From an uncultured Caulobacteraceae bacterium (GTDB lineage: Bacteria > Pseudomonadota > Alphaproteobacteria > Caulobacterales > Caulobacteraceae): 64,000 bases of DNA. How positions within the stretch are numbered: the stretch's first letter is position 1; each line of letters begins with the position of its first letter. Positions 48,114 through 58,488 of the stretch are shown here, piece by piece. The stretch is from positions 26,066 through 90,065 of the forward strand of contig CAXTHJ010000004.1 in the NCBI GenBank assembly GCA_964243985.1. The letters are read 5' to 3'. The position numbers and the translations under genes are program-made. Under the pieces are notes generated by a model, which saw only the letters and a list, made by a program, of their open reading frames with translations, was not told the DNA's origin and ran no database searches.

Positions 48114-49191
48114 AACGAAAGGCGACCAATTTTCGCGCCCACGGCGTGGGCATTAAGAGGGTTAGCATGGCCCAGGCCGACACCGCTAAACGCATCTTTC
48201 GGGTGGCGGCGGGAAATGACCAGGGCACGCGGACGCAATCCAATAGGGCGCGGAACCAGCTATCGTCGCTGAGGGGGTGGGCGGATCGCGCCAGCTTTAA
48301 TGAGGCGACGCGAAATTGTAGGATAGGCAGACTTTTGTATATCAGGGAACGCCTATTTTCGGGGGCTATGGGCTCTATGTGGTGTTGGAAACGTTTCGAA
48401 AACTCGTAACGGTCCTGCGCGCGGCGAATTTCGCGTGCAAAGTGGGTAGGATCGGACATCAAGTTACTATCGTTGGCCCCGTGAACACGGTAAAAGACGA
48501 GTGGTTTGGCGATCGTTTCTACATCGCCAGCGAACGGCGCAGCTGCCAAGCAGGCCGAGTCAGGCGCCGCGCCACAGGAAGAATCCAACGGAAACAACTT
48601 GTCCAAGAATGTTCGGGCATACACATTTCCCGAGCCCGGCGGCGTCGGGTAGGCCGTCGTTTGCGCCGCCCAATCACGGATCTTTATCGGCGTCGGCATC
48701 GGCCTATAGCTGGGAAAGACGGAATTCAGGGGCTGACCGTCGGCGTCAATCCGCATGAGCTGGACCTGAACCTTGCTGAGCCCAGACCGCCAGATCGCCG
48801 CCACCTCTTTCGCCAGGGAGGGGACGACCTTGTCGTCAGAGTCCAGAAAAATGACAGCGGCACCCGTCGAGCGGGCGTAACCAACATTGCAGGCGATTCT
48901 CTGGGTGGCGTTCGCCTGAAAGACAGGCGTGATGCTACCGCCGAACGCACTGATCACATCTCGCGAATGATCGGTTGAACCATCATCTACGACGATGACC
49001 TCCACATCTGGCCAATCTAGAGCCAGAGCACTTTCTATCGCGGCACCGACAAAATTCCCGTAATTATAGTTAGGAATAATTACGCTAATGCGCCCAAGAA
49101 CATTTGTGGAACCCTCGGAGACTGTGTCCAAGATAAAATCACTCGCTCTATAATGGCTCTTCAGGGCTTCCACTAAAGGAAAGGAAAGCAA
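48100..49191 (-). CDS. Glycosyltransferase family 2
   Basis: ISVIIPNYNYGNFVGAAIESALALDWPDVEVIVVDDGSTDHS .. FLDSDD. Confidence 0.87.
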   Translation of the reverse strand: MLSFPLVEALKSHYRASDFILDTVSEGSTNVLGRISVIIPNYNYGNFVGAAIESALALDWPDVEVIVVDDGSTDHSRDVISAFGGSITPVFQANATQRIACNVGYARSTGAAVIFLDSDDKVVPSLAKEVAAIWRSGLSKVQVQLMRIDADGQPLNSVFPSYRPMPTPIKIRDWAAQTTAYPTPPGSGNVYARTFLDKLFPLDSSCGAAPDSACLAAAPFAGDVETIAKPLVFYRVHGANDSNLMSDPTHFAREIRRAQDRYEFSKRFQHHIEPIAPENRRSLIYKSLPILQFRVASLKLARSAHPLSDDSWFRALLDCVRVPWSFPAATRKMRLAVSAWAMLTLLMPTPWARKLVAFRYGPR

Positions 49192-49284
49192 AATCTTTAA
49201 ATGTGTATTATGGCATGGCCAAAAATACGTTGCGAGCCGCCAAATGTAATCCGAGGTAAAAAGGTTTTAAAGGATTGGTGCTCG

Positions 49285-49443
49285 TCAGGCCAGTCGTCGT
49301 GATTGCTGGAAGTGTCGGTCATCAGATGCAACGCGCTTCGCATCGCCACTGTCCTCAATTTCTCTCGTAGCGATCTTACCCACCATTACGGCTAGGCCGA
49401 TGGCGTCGGCGGGGCGCTTCTGTCCGTTGGAGCCTTTAGGCAT
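49285..49443 (-). CDS. Small hypothetical protein (MPKGSNGQKRPAD.. N-terminus)
   Basis: 52 aa from the internal ATG of track ORF 49285..49485. The N-terminal motif MPKGSNGxKRPADxIG..V..IATxEIE resembles small conserved alphaproteobacterial ORFs I recall, but I cannot verify this. Confidence 0.3.
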   Translation of the reverse strand: MPKGSNGQKRPADAIGLAVMVGKIATREIEDSGDAKRVASDDRHFQQSRRLA

Positions 49444-49944
49444 TGGGATTCTTCCAATAATAAAAAGCCACTGAAACAAAGCCAAAGATGCCAGAAGCTA
49501 TCATGAAGCCGCCAACCCAGTGTGCGTTGAGGCATCCAACACCTGATAGGGCTACTATAGGTCCCGATGCGTACAACATGGTGCGTCGCTTCATTCGCTA
49601 TGATACGCGCGCAACGCCCCTTGCGCCACACCTGTCAACGGCAGCGGATTTCAAACTAAGACACTACCTGATTGCTGCGCCTATCATAGGGGTTAAGGCG
49701 CTCGTCGCGAACAGGAGCCGCCCGGTGACTGTCACCTCGACGGTGCGGGCCTTAAATGCCTTTTTAGAGCCGACACCTTACAAGGCGACGCGAATCGTTT
49801 CCGATGTGATTTTTCCGCAAGCTCGCCTAGAGTCGCGTCATCTCCTTAGGCGTTAAAAATCAAGATCGTGGGGTTAGATATGCTTTATATTATTTAAATT
49901 ATGGAGGTACGATGCGAATCTAGGTCAGTAATAGGTGAATAAAA

Positions 49945-51393
49945 TTGGATCCAGTGGGGCTTATTTTTTGGGCGATAATTTTGGGTGGTGCCTTCGCGCG
50001 CGGCCCCGCGATGATCTATATCTTCTTTGCGATGCAGTCGTTCGGAACGGTTGCATTAGTGCCGCCGGGCTTGTTGGGGGGCGTAACCGTCACGCCCGAA
50101 TGGGTGGCCTTGATGGCGCTGGCCATAAAGGTTGTCATGTCGAGGCCGAACCTGACCCAGGCCCTCCTTCCGCTGACAGATATGCGTCGCTTCGGGCTTC
50201 TCTTTTTGGCTACTCTTTACGCGATCTTTTCGGCGATCTTTATGCCTCTATTGTTTCGAGGCGTTCCAGTGATCCCGATGCGTATGTCAAACGCCGCTTA
50301 TCCGCTTGGCCCTCAAGTCGCCAATTTCACGCAGACATTTTATTTTGTGCTGACGACCCTGGCGGCGCTGACATTCTATTATCTATTCGCGGACCCGCGC
50401 CAAAAAAAGCATATTTTCAATGGCATACTTTTAGGAGGAATGATCGCGATCCTGACCGGCTTAGCGGATATGGTCGTGCCGGGCCATTTCCTCGCATTAT
50501 TCCGGACAGCGGGCTATGCGATCCTTGCAGGGGGTGACCTAGGCGCAGGCAAGCGGGTGGCGGGCCTGATGTCAGAGGCTTCAGCCTATGGATCTCTCTG
50601 CATCGGCTTTGCAGGGGCGCTATTCTTTCTTCGAGGCGCCTACGCCTACCGGACCGTGCGAACGATGGTCGCGCCGGTCGTGTCCTTGTTATTGATCGTC
50701 ATGATCGCCCTATCGACTTCGTCGGGAGGGTATGTGGGGGTGGCTGTCCTCCTTTGCGCCATGGCGGCCTATTCAATCTCCCAGGCGGGGAGTGGGAAGC
50801 CGGACGGTCTGGGAGGATTGTCCTTATTTGCGCTCGCAGGGCTTTTTGGTTTGATGGTCGCGGCTTTAAGTCCGGATAGCTTTTCCAGACCCATCGCTAT
50901 GGTTGACCAGATGGTCTTCCAGAAGCATTTGACCACTTCGTATGTAGAGCGCAGCTACTGGAACCAAGTCAGTCTGGAGGCGGCCCGATTGACATTTGGG
51001 CTAGGAACGGGCCTGGGATCAACGCGCGCCTCAAGTTGGGTGGTGGCCGTCCTGGGAAATATCGGAGTTGTCGGGGCTGGCTTGATCTTGGCTTTCATTG
51101 GCAAAATCTTCCTAAGCCGGCCGACGTATCCTGGACCGAGGGGCGTGAGTGTTGCCCGCGGGGCGAAATTTGCGCTGATCCCGCTGTTGACGGTCCAGTC
51201 ATTGTCAGGAACGAGTGTCGGATTCGGACTGACGGCTGCCTGCCTGTGCGGCTTAGTTGGCGCTGAATGTTGGAGCGCCAGATCCCCAGTGTTCCGTAGA
51301 AAAGCGCGCCCGGAACAATTTAAAAGGATGGATGACGGCCGGGACGGTCCGCAACATTACCTTCCAATAAATAAATCTAACAATGCGGCCTGA
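49945..51393 (+). CDS. Polytopic membrane protein, O-antigen polymerase/ligase (Wzy-like) family
   Basis: About 10-12 hydrophobic helices. Late periplasmic-loop segment FGLGTGLGSTRASSWVVAVLGNIGVVGAGL resembles the Wzy_C signature. TTG start in the track. Confidence 0.6.
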   Translation: MDPVGLIFWAIILGGAFARGPAMIYIFFAMQSFGTVALVPPGLLGGVTVTPEWVALMALAIKVVMSRPNLTQALLPLTDMRRFGLLFLATLYAIFSAIFMPLLFRGVPVIPMRMSNAAYPLGPQVANFTQTFYFVLTTLAALTFYYLFADPRQKKHIFNGILLGGMIAILTGLADMVVPGHFLALFRTAGYAILAGGDLGAGKRVAGLMSEASAYGSLCIGFAGALFFLRGAYAYRTVRTMVAPVVSLLLIVMIALSTSSGGYVGVAVLLCAMAAYSISQAGSGKPDGLGGLSLFALAGLFGLMVAALSPDSFSRPIAMVDQMVFQKHLTTSYVERSYWNQVSLEAARLTFGLGTGLGSTRASSWVVAVLGNIGVVGAGLILAFIGKIFLSRPTYPGPRGVSVARGAKFALIPLLTVQSLSGTSVGFGLTAACLCGLVGAECWSARSPVFRRKARPEQFKRMDDGRDGPQHYLPINKSNNAA

Positions 51394-52507
51394 CTGTATG
51401 TCCTCACAGCGCCTGACGTCCGAGCTTAACACCGCCCTGGTCCACTACTGGCTGGTGAACAGGCGGGGAGGGGAAGCGGTGTTGGAGGCGATCGGCCGCC
51501 TCGTGCCGCATGCTCACCTCTATAGCCATGTGGTCGATCCCGAGGTCTTGTTCGGCAGTCTCGCCGCCATGCCGGTGACCACCACCGCCATCAACCGGTT
51601 GCCGGGCGCGCGCAAGGGTTACCAAGCCTACCTGGGCTTCATGCCCACGGCGCTGGAGGCATTGGATATGTCGCCTTATGATCTGATCATCTCCAGCGAG
51701 GCGGGGCCCGCAAAGTGGGTGCTGCCCGCGCCGGGCGCCAAGCACATCTGCTACTGCCATTCGCCCATGCGCTACGTTTGGGACCAACGTTTCATCTATT
51801 TTGATAAACTGCCGGCCGCCCTTCGGCCGCTGGCGCATATGGCGGCCCATGGGCTGCGGCAATCGGATGTGTTGTCATCCATGCGGGTGGATCAGTTTGT
51901 CGCCAATTCCTCGTTCGTGGCCCAGCGGATCGCGCAGTTTTATCGCCGGGACGCCGAGGTCATTCACCCGCCCGTGGATGTGGACGGTTTCACCACCGAG
52001 GCGCCCGAAGACTTCTACCTATGTGCTGGGGAGATCCGTCACTATAAGCGCCTGGATCTCGCGATCGAGGCCTGTGAGAAACTGGGGCGCCGATTGGTGA
52101 TTGCGGGTGCCGGGAACCAGAAGGCGTTGAAGTCGCTGGCGGGCTCGCGGGTGGAGTTCAAAGGCAAACTCGACCTTGAAACGATGCGCAGCCTAATGCG
52201 GCGTTGCCGCGCTTTATTGTTCCCGGGGATCGAGGACTTCGGGATCGTGCCGGTGGAAGTGATGGCCTCCGGCCGCCCAGTGATCGCTTTCGGATATGGC
52301 GGCGCTTTGGATTCGGTGGAACCAGGGATATCGGGCGTTTTCTTTCAAAAGCAGACGGTCGATCAAATCTGCTCGGCTATTTTGGACTTCGAACGTGATG
52401 AGCACCTATTCACAGCGGAAAACTGCCAAAGGGTGGCGTCGCGCTTTTCGAGAACGACGTTCGAGCGAAAATTCTCAGCCGTTGCTCGGAGAACTTGCGG
52501 TCTTTGA
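51383..52507 (+). CDS. Glycosyltransferase family 4
   Basis: ALVHYWLVNRRGGEAVLE N-terminal pattern and EX7E region FPGIEDFGIVPVEVMASGRPVIA. The alternative ATG at 51398 avoids the overlap with the upstream gene. Confidence 0.85.
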   Translation: MRPDCMSSQRLTSELNTALVHYWLVNRRGGEAVLEAIGRLVPHAHLYSHVVDPEVLFGSLAAMPVTTTAINRLPGARKGYQAYLGFMPTALEALDMSPYDLIISSEAGPAKWVLPAPGAKHICYCHSPMRYVWDQRFIYFDKLPAALRPLAHMAAHGLRQSDVLSSMRVDQFVANSSFVAQRIAQFYRRDAEVIHPPVDVDGFTTEAPEDFYLCAGEIRHYKRLDLAIEACEKLGRRLVIAGAGNQKALKSLAGSRVEFKGKLDLETMRSLMRRCRALLFPGIEDFGIVPVEVMASGRPVIAFGYGGALDSVEPGISGVFFQKQTVDQICSAILDFERDEHLFTAENCQRVASRFSRTTFERKFSAVARRTCGL

Positions 52508-52578
52508 AGTAAAATAAGTTCGAAGCTCCTTAGACAGAGATCGGCGTGCGCAGCACAGGCAGTTGGATGCGGTCTTGA

Positions 52579-53655
52579 TCAAGTGCGGTGCCCAGGTAAA
52601 AGGCGTTGCCCAAGCAATAGTCGGGCTGGCAAATCGTACCAGCGCCCAATCCCCCAGGCGAAAGTAACTATTGGGATAGAAAAGACGTAAAAAAAAGCCG
52701 GTGCGTGGTTGCCGTATAGGGTGAACCGCTTCAGTGTACCTGAGATGGCCATCAGAATGGGTAAGTGAACAGCATAGAGAGGGTAGGAAATATTGGCCAG
52801 AAATTTGACGATTGAGTGCTCCGCTCCTAAGTCGGCGCTTGCGGCGATGTAGATGATCGCGGGAAACACCAACAGGATGACAAGCAAATCATAATCCCAC
52901 GCCACAACCGGCAAGCTGATGGCTAATATTAGCAGTGCAGCAGCAGTCAAAGGTCTGAGCCAAGACTTTCTTATAGCCGGCCTACAACGCCAGAGAATTA
53001 CCCCCGCTAGGAAGCCGAAGATGGTGCGTCCTGCCCCTCCGAGATAAGTTCCCCAGTTCCAGCCGATATCAGCGTTGCCGATTTGGGCGATATAGTAACC
53101 CATAACCGCTGCGCCAATGAGAGCGAAAACCATTTGCGCTAGCGGTTTGAGGCGAACAAGCGCTGCCGCCCAGATGATGTTGACCAGAAATTCAAAGGAC
53201 AGAGACCAGAGTACGCCGTTCGCCGGGAAGATTTCGTCCTGAGTCGCGCCCGCGCTCCATAGTTTGGGAATAAGCGCTAAGTTAAGTCCGCTCGCGCCTA
53301 GGATTTGCGGTAGGTTATCGGAAGCTGCGGGCTGAACCTTCCACCGCATCAACAAATAGGCCGTTCCTATCAACACTCCGAACACGCTCATCGGGAGGAG
53401 GCGAACCGTTCGGATCAGGATGAAGCGCGCTAGGGACAGCCTTGGAAATTTCTCGGTATAGGCATGTGCCAAGACGAAGCCACTCAGCATGAAGAAGAAA
53501 TCGACCGCCAGGTAGCCGTGCACGACGGTCGCAGGTGCTCCCAATCGCGATCCAAAATGATAAAATACGACTGCTACTGCCGCGATGCCGCGTAGCGCAT
53601 CCATGATCTCATATCGAGCTTTTAGAGCTACCTCGGGTGCGCTCACGTCAGTCAA
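52579..53655 (-). CDS. Acyltransferase family 3 (O-acetyltransferase), intact
   Basis: MDALRGIAAVAVVFYHF.., AVDFFFMLSGFVL.., WSLSFEFLVN, about 10 TM helices. Confidence 0.85.
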   Translation of the reverse strand: MTDVSAPEVALKARYEIMDALRGIAAVAVVFYHFGSRLGAPATVVHGYLAVDFFFMLSGFVLAHAYTEKFPRLSLARFILIRTVRLLPMSVFGVLIGTAYLLMRWKVQPAASDNLPQILGASGLNLALIPKLWSAGATQDEIFPANGVLWSLSFEFLVNIIWAAALVRLKPLAQMVFALIGAAVMGYYIAQIGNADIGWNWGTYLGGAGRTIFGFLAGVILWRCRPAIRKSWLRPLTAAALLILAISLPVVAWDYDLLVILLVFPAIIYIAASADLGAEHSIVKFLANISYPLYAVHLPILMAISGTLKRFTLYGNHAPAFFYVFSIPIVTFAWGIGRWYDLPARLLLGQRLLPGHRT

Positions 53656-53869
53656 GGCAGAACCGTTGAAGCATTGTCCAGCTAAACCTTGATCGAGCCG
53701 ACTGGGCTGTATGTACGAGTCGCAAATTCAGCATTAATTGCTCCGAATTGCCGTCTTTTTACCTGTCAAAATTTATAGCCAGTCAATATGCAGGGTAGTC
53801 TACCGTCATACGTAGCACCACATGTATTTTCTTTCTTGAACAGAAATTGGAAAATGACATTAAATAATG

Positions 53870-54241
53870 TCAGAAAGACCATCCTGTACCGAAAGATCTC
53901 ACGCTGCGAGAACTTCTCTGTAGGCTGCTAACTGTGACAGCCTCCACATTACCTGCTTCATACTTGGTAGGCGCTAAAGTGGTAGAACAGAGTAAGGAGC
54001 CATCAGAGCCATTTTCAAGACTGGGCTTGGCGTACTTTACGAAGTTCTTCCATGCAGACGAAACTTGAGATAATTCCCTTCCTCGCAATAAAAAGGCCTC
54101 AGAGTAGATCACGTAGTGATTGTCTGTTGCCATGCAAAAAGCATAAGTTTTAGCTTCTTCTGAATTAGAGGAAAGAACCAGTTGAAGAGTACTGATAAAT
54201 AAAAAAAGTAGTGCTGAAGGCATTCTGTTCACCGATGACAA
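53870..54241 (-). CDS. Hypothetical exported protein (AT-rich orphan)
   Basis: ORF only. N-terminal hydrophobic signal-like segment (ALLFLFISTLQLVLSS); no recognisable family. Confidence 0.35.
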   Translation of the reverse strand: MSSVNRMPSALLFLFISTLQLVLSSNSEEAKTYAFCMATDNHYVIYSEAFLLRGRELSQVSSAWKNFVKYAKPSLENGSDGSLLCSTTLAPTKYEAGNVEAVTVSSLQRSSRSVRSFGTGWSF

Positions 54242-54352
54242 ATTGCAAAAAGTTCTCAGTAATCTTTTCAGCTAGTGCTCGCACTGGAATGTTTTATTGA
54301 CTTATGCGATCATTTGAATACTAAATTGGCATAGCCTCGACCCGATCAAAGA

Positions 54353-56590
54353 CTATTGATAATACTGCCGATAGGCGCGGTAGTAGTACCCAGCATCACC
54401 GTACCCTGATCGAGCTTGCTCTTTCATATCCACCTGCGTGAGCCCGACCCCCGCGACAAATGCACCTACGCTTTCAAGTTGTCTGATCGCGTTCTCAACG
54501 GCTTTGCGGGGGGTTTTACGCCATTGGGCGAGAAAGACAGTCACATCCGCTTTTGGTGCGAGAACGCGGGTATCCGCCACGGGTAGAACGGGCGCGGTGT
54601 CGAGCAGAATGACGTCAAAACGGCTTTTAAGATCCGACAAAAGTCGATCCATGGCGGTCGACGCGAATACATCCTTTGGCGTGTAATCGCCCTTGGCGAG
54701 TGGAAGGAACCAAGCGCCCGACGCATCGTCCCTAATGAGCGCTTCGTCCAATGCGGCCGTCCCCGCCAAGACTTCCAAAAGACCGATAGCCGGCTCATCG
54801 GCGAAAAGTCGGTTCACAGTCCGACGGCGGAGATCGCAGTCGACAACCACGGTCGTGACGCCGCCCATTGCTATCACCCTTCCAAGGCAAATGCAGGTGG
54901 TCGTCTTACCTTCACCGGGCAGAGCAGATGTCACGGCTATGATGCGAACGGGTTCCCCAACTTTGGAGAATAGGATTGAGGTTCGTAAATTTCTAAAGGC
55001 TTCTGCAAAGCTCGACAGTGGCTTTTCTACTACGTAGCGCGTCGGAGAAACCTGATTATTGGCCTTAGCGTTTTTTTCCTTGCCAGTCATAGTACTGCTG
55101 GCAAGGGGAATTGAGCCGACGTGCGGAAGCCCGAGTGTCCTTTCGATATCTTCAGACGTAAATAGTCCATGTTCTAACGCTTCGACGACAATCATCACGC
55201 CAACGGCAGCTGCAATGCCTAGGACGACGCCTAAGAGAGCCATAAGGGGCTTATTTGGGAAGCTGGGTTTCAGCGGAATTTTTGCTCGGGACACCACGCG
55301 AGAATCCGACTGTTCAATACCACCTTGGTTTGACGTTTGCTTGAACCGATCAAGATAGGTCTGATAGAGCGCTGTGAGAGAATCGGCATTCCTTTGTAAG
55401 TCATTGAGTTGAACGGAGGCGTTCCCGTTAGCGGCTAAATTGCTCCGAGACGACGCAAGACTTGCCTCAATTGACGCCGTTCTTTGGCGGGCGACCTGAT
55501 CTTGGGCCTCCAAATTCGATATGACGCGGACAATTTCTGAATGGATTTGCGCGTCGATATCGGCCAATTGCCGCTGTGCCTTCAGAATATCCGGGTGTCG
55601 GGGCCCCAATCGTCCCGACATGTCGGCGACTTGAGATGATATTTCCGCCCGTTGTTGGCGAAGGCCGTTTATGACTGGCGAATTCAGGGCGGCTCCTAGG
55701 TCATCGCCTGCACTTCCATGCTCGAGTTGCCTGCGAGCCGTAGAGAGATTTGCATCCGCTTCCGCCTGCTGCGCCTTAGCTTGCGCAAGCTGGGTATCAA
55801 TATTTGAAATTTCTTGCTGTGCGATCGTCGCGCCCACGCCGCCTGTGATCCCCATCAGCCCGTGAGTTGCCTTATATTGAGCAACGGCCGCCTCAGCCTG
55901 CTGGACCTGCGTTTTGAGCCCCTCCAGACGTGAATTCAGCCAATCCGACGCCCGCTTTGTCGCGTCAAACTTCGCGTCCAGCTGCTCTAACAGGTATTGG
56001 TCGGCAAAGGCATTGGCGATATCGGCCGCTCTGGTTGCTGACTGAGATGTATATGAAATATTGATCGCGTAGGACAGGCCTGAACGGGCGATCTTCAAGC
56101 CTCCCATCAGATGATCGACGGTTGAATTTTTTGTATTGATTTGGTCCAACGCCGAGTGATCAGCCTTGCTTGGTAGCCAACTCGACCAAACGGATTTGGG
56201 GGCCAACGATTTGTTGAATTCAGGATCCTCATCCAATTTTAGAGCACCCACAACTTTTTCTGCGAGGTTTCTTGATTTTAATACCTCCACCTCTGTATCC
56301 ACGGCGGAAGTATCCGGCGGCAAATCCGAAAGAACCTCTTGGACATCGCTCACTTTTTGCTGTTGGCGGTCCAGCATGACTTCAGCTGTAGCCGTGTATT
56401 TGGGCGTTAATTGATAAGTCAGAACGATCGTCACGACCAAGACAAGCGCGGCGATAGCTATCAACAGGCGGAGCCGGCGTCGCAGCAACGCAATATAACG
56501 ATGAAGATCTATGCCGGAGCTTTCCGGCTGATCTTCATTGCCTCGATGCGAAGCGGCCGCTGTCTCGTCGTGTAATCGTGCGTCCATCAT
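54353..56590 (-). CDS. Polysaccharide co-polymerase / tyrosine autokinase (Wzc / ExoP / GumC-type PCP-2a)
   Basis: N-terminal Wzz-type TM plus a long coiled-coil periplasmic domain, a second TM, and a cytoplasmic P-loop domain (SALPGEGKTTTCICLG, VVVDCDLRR, ILLDTAPV). Tyr-rich tail GYGDAGYYYRAYRQYYQ. Confidence 0.9.
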   Translation of the reverse strand: MMDARLHDETAAASHRGNEDQPESSGIDLHRYIALLRRRLRLLIAIAALVLVVTIVLTYQLTPKYTATAEVMLDRQQQKVSDVQEVLSDLPPDTSAVDTEVEVLKSRNLAEKVVGALKLDEDPEFNKSLAPKSVWSSWLPSKADHSALDQINTKNSTVDHLMGGLKIARSGLSYAINISYTSQSATRAADIANAFADQYLLEQLDAKFDATKRASDWLNSRLEGLKTQVQQAEAAVAQYKATHGLMGITGGVGATIAQQEISNIDTQLAQAKAQQAEADANLSTARRQLEHGSAGDDLGAALNSPVINGLRQQRAEISSQVADMSGRLGPRHPDILKAQRQLADIDAQIHSEIVRVISNLEAQDQVARQRTASIEASLASSRSNLAANGNASVQLNDLQRNADSLTALYQTYLDRFKQTSNQGGIEQSDSRVVSRAKIPLKPSFPNKPLMALLGVVLGIAAAVGVMIVVEALEHGLFTSEDIERTLGLPHVGSIPLASSTMTGKEKNAKANNQVSPTRYVVEKPLSSFAEAFRNLRTSILFSKVGEPVRIIAVTSALPGEGKTTTCICLGRVIAMGGVTTVVVDCDLRRRTVNRLFADEPAIGLLEVLAGTAALDEALIRDDASGAWFLPLAKGDYTPKDVFASTAMDRLLSDLKSRFDVILLDTAPVLPVADTRVLAPKADVTVFLAQWRKTPRKAVENAIRQLESVGAFVAGVGLTQVDMKEQARSGYGDAGYYYRAYRQYYQ

Positions 56591-56733
56591 ATGCGCTCTA
56601 ATCTAAACTTACCTGCTCAGGCATTGAACCGTTGCATTTTTAGCCACTGAATCCCAGTCACTCTCCATCTTTACAAAAAATGCGCCAGCGGCTGACTTGA
56701 AAACATAGTGCGGTGTCGATTTGGAAGCTCGTG

Positions 56734-58113
56734 TCACTTCTTATATTGAGGGCTTAGCGAGACAGCTAGACCGCACCCTAACAGCAACGTCCAAAACCCG
56801 GCGAAAGAGAACTCCTCAAGCGCAAAATCTGTGGATCCATGAAGAAGCACGATGGCGCTCATAGCCAGGATAATCCGCAGATACGTTCCCGTCGCTCGTC
56901 GTTGGACAGCCCTAGACCCTATAAAAGCAAGGCATAGTATTATGGACATAAAAAGAGGTGCGGAGCCGAGAGCTCCCGCCTCTTGCCACCATTGCAAGTA
57001 AACATTGTGCATTGCTCTGATGTTCCAAAGTATACCAAAGTGTGTAGTATCTATCAGCTGACGGTGAACGAGTTCGAAAGAACCAAGTCCGAGCCCAAAA
57101 TAAGGAAATGGCTTGGCGGCTTGAATATTGATTAGGTATATTTGGGCGCGGCTTGCGGCGTCGAATTGAACTGCCGTCATTCGTTGAAAGAACGAGGCAC
57201 CGCTAAACAATAATAATAAAAATCCCGCGAGTGTTGCCGATGGCGCTAGGACTAAAGCAGAAATCTGCCATCGCCAACGTTGATAAAAACTTTCTGACAA
57301 AACAAATATTAGCAGAACAAGGGTCGTCGTCAAGATTGCAGTTCTTGATCCTGTGAGGAGTAAGGCCGTGGATACGATGAGCGCTATCCCGATCAGTCCA
57401 GCAGAAAGGGACAGCTTTCTTTCTATTTCAGACCGCCTATCGACGGATCTTGATGCCTGGCTGGGCATGATCACCAATAAGCCGACGCAAAGTATGAGCA
57501 TCGTGCCGAAAAAAGTGCCTGCCGTATTGGCACTGGAGAAAGTTGCGCACAGTCGGTTCGACCATTGTGAAGTTCCAAAGCCCATAAACGTCGAAGGCGC
57601 CACAATGAAAGCGATAAAAGACCAAAGCCCATAAATACATCCCATCAAAGCCGCAGTTTGAAGGAGATATATTGCTCGAGAATAGCTTTTCCCCAAAATA
57701 AGGCCCGTTATGAATATACTGGAAAGTCCCATGAGCTTTACGATTTCAATAGACGTGCGAGAATGATCTAGCGAAGGTGTCGAATTGGCAGCGACCATGC
57801 CCCATGCCAGATGCGGCGAGTCCAGATGGACAGGGGTTAGAGTCAAGGCCGCAACGATGATCGTGAGGCCGAAAAGAAGGCCCAGCACTACCAAGATCAC
57901 CGATGGTTCGACAGCTAGCCGCCCCCATTTCGATAACAAGAGCAGCGGTGGCGATGCGCAATACGCGAACGTAACGGCGAGGGCTGCGGCGTTATCGCCC
58001 CCGGCGATAGAAATGAAAGCCAAAAAAAGCAAGAGGCTGACGAGGATGACGCCAACGCGTTCGCCACTAGACAGATGACGGGACCTGCGTTGTGATTCTG
58101 GAGCGCGCGACAT
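56734..58113 (-). CDS. O-antigen ligase family protein (Wzy_C domain; polymerase or WaaL-type ligase)
   Basis: Polytopic. LLTGSRTAILTTTLVL and FGLGLGSFELV .. AMHNVYLQWWQEAGALG match the O-antigen ligase/polymerase signature. Confidence 0.8.
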   Translation of the reverse strand: MSRAPESQRRSRHLSSGERVGVILVSLLLFLAFISIAGGDNAAALAVTFAYCASPPLLLLSKWGRLAVEPSVILVVLGLLFGLTIIVAALTLTPVHLDSPHLAWGMVAANSTPSLDHSRTSIEIVKLMGLSSIFITGLILGKSYSRAIYLLQTAALMGCIYGLWSFIAFIVAPSTFMGFGTSQWSNRLCATFSSANTAGTFFGTMLILCVGLLVIMPSQASRSVDRRSEIERKLSLSAGLIGIALIVSTALLLTGSRTAILTTTLVLLIFVLSESFYQRWRWQISALVLAPSATLAGFLLLLFSGASFFQRMTAVQFDAASRAQIYLINIQAAKPFPYFGLGLGSFELVHRQLIDTTHFGILWNIRAMHNVYLQWWQEAGALGSAPLFMSIILCLAFIGSRAVQRRATGTYLRIILAMSAIVLLHGSTDFALEEFSFAGFWTLLLGCGLAVSLSPQYKK

Positions 58114-58488
58114 GTGGCAACATCATCATTGGTTGGGTGGAAGCAACTTCTTTATCATCCCGGCGCCAATGCTCTTTTTCTGTGCCGCCATGGGTTTAAT
58201 ATTTGGATGGAGTTTGCGGTCTTCGTCTCGGCCGCCACTGAACGTGTTTAGCGACGGATAATCCCAAACATTGGATTGGTTTCGACGAGGCTTTCCAAGT
58301 TCAACAGCATTATAAAACCTGTTATGGCAAACACGGTGATCAAATATAAGTTCATTTTTCGAACGCCTTAAACTTCCATGCCACTGTTTAATTATTCAAC
58401 ATACATAATTGAGAAGTTTTCCGCATATGGAATCAGCAGTTCGGCTAAGTTCAAGTATATGGCACCAATGCATAAAGACGTAGTGACG

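Noticed and set aside
58378-58488. N-terminal 37 codons of ORF 58378..58680 as part of a functional transposase
   Set aside because: This part is AT-rich and unrelated to IS3 OrfB. Only the last roughly 60 codons are homologous, so it is a stump and not an intact gene.
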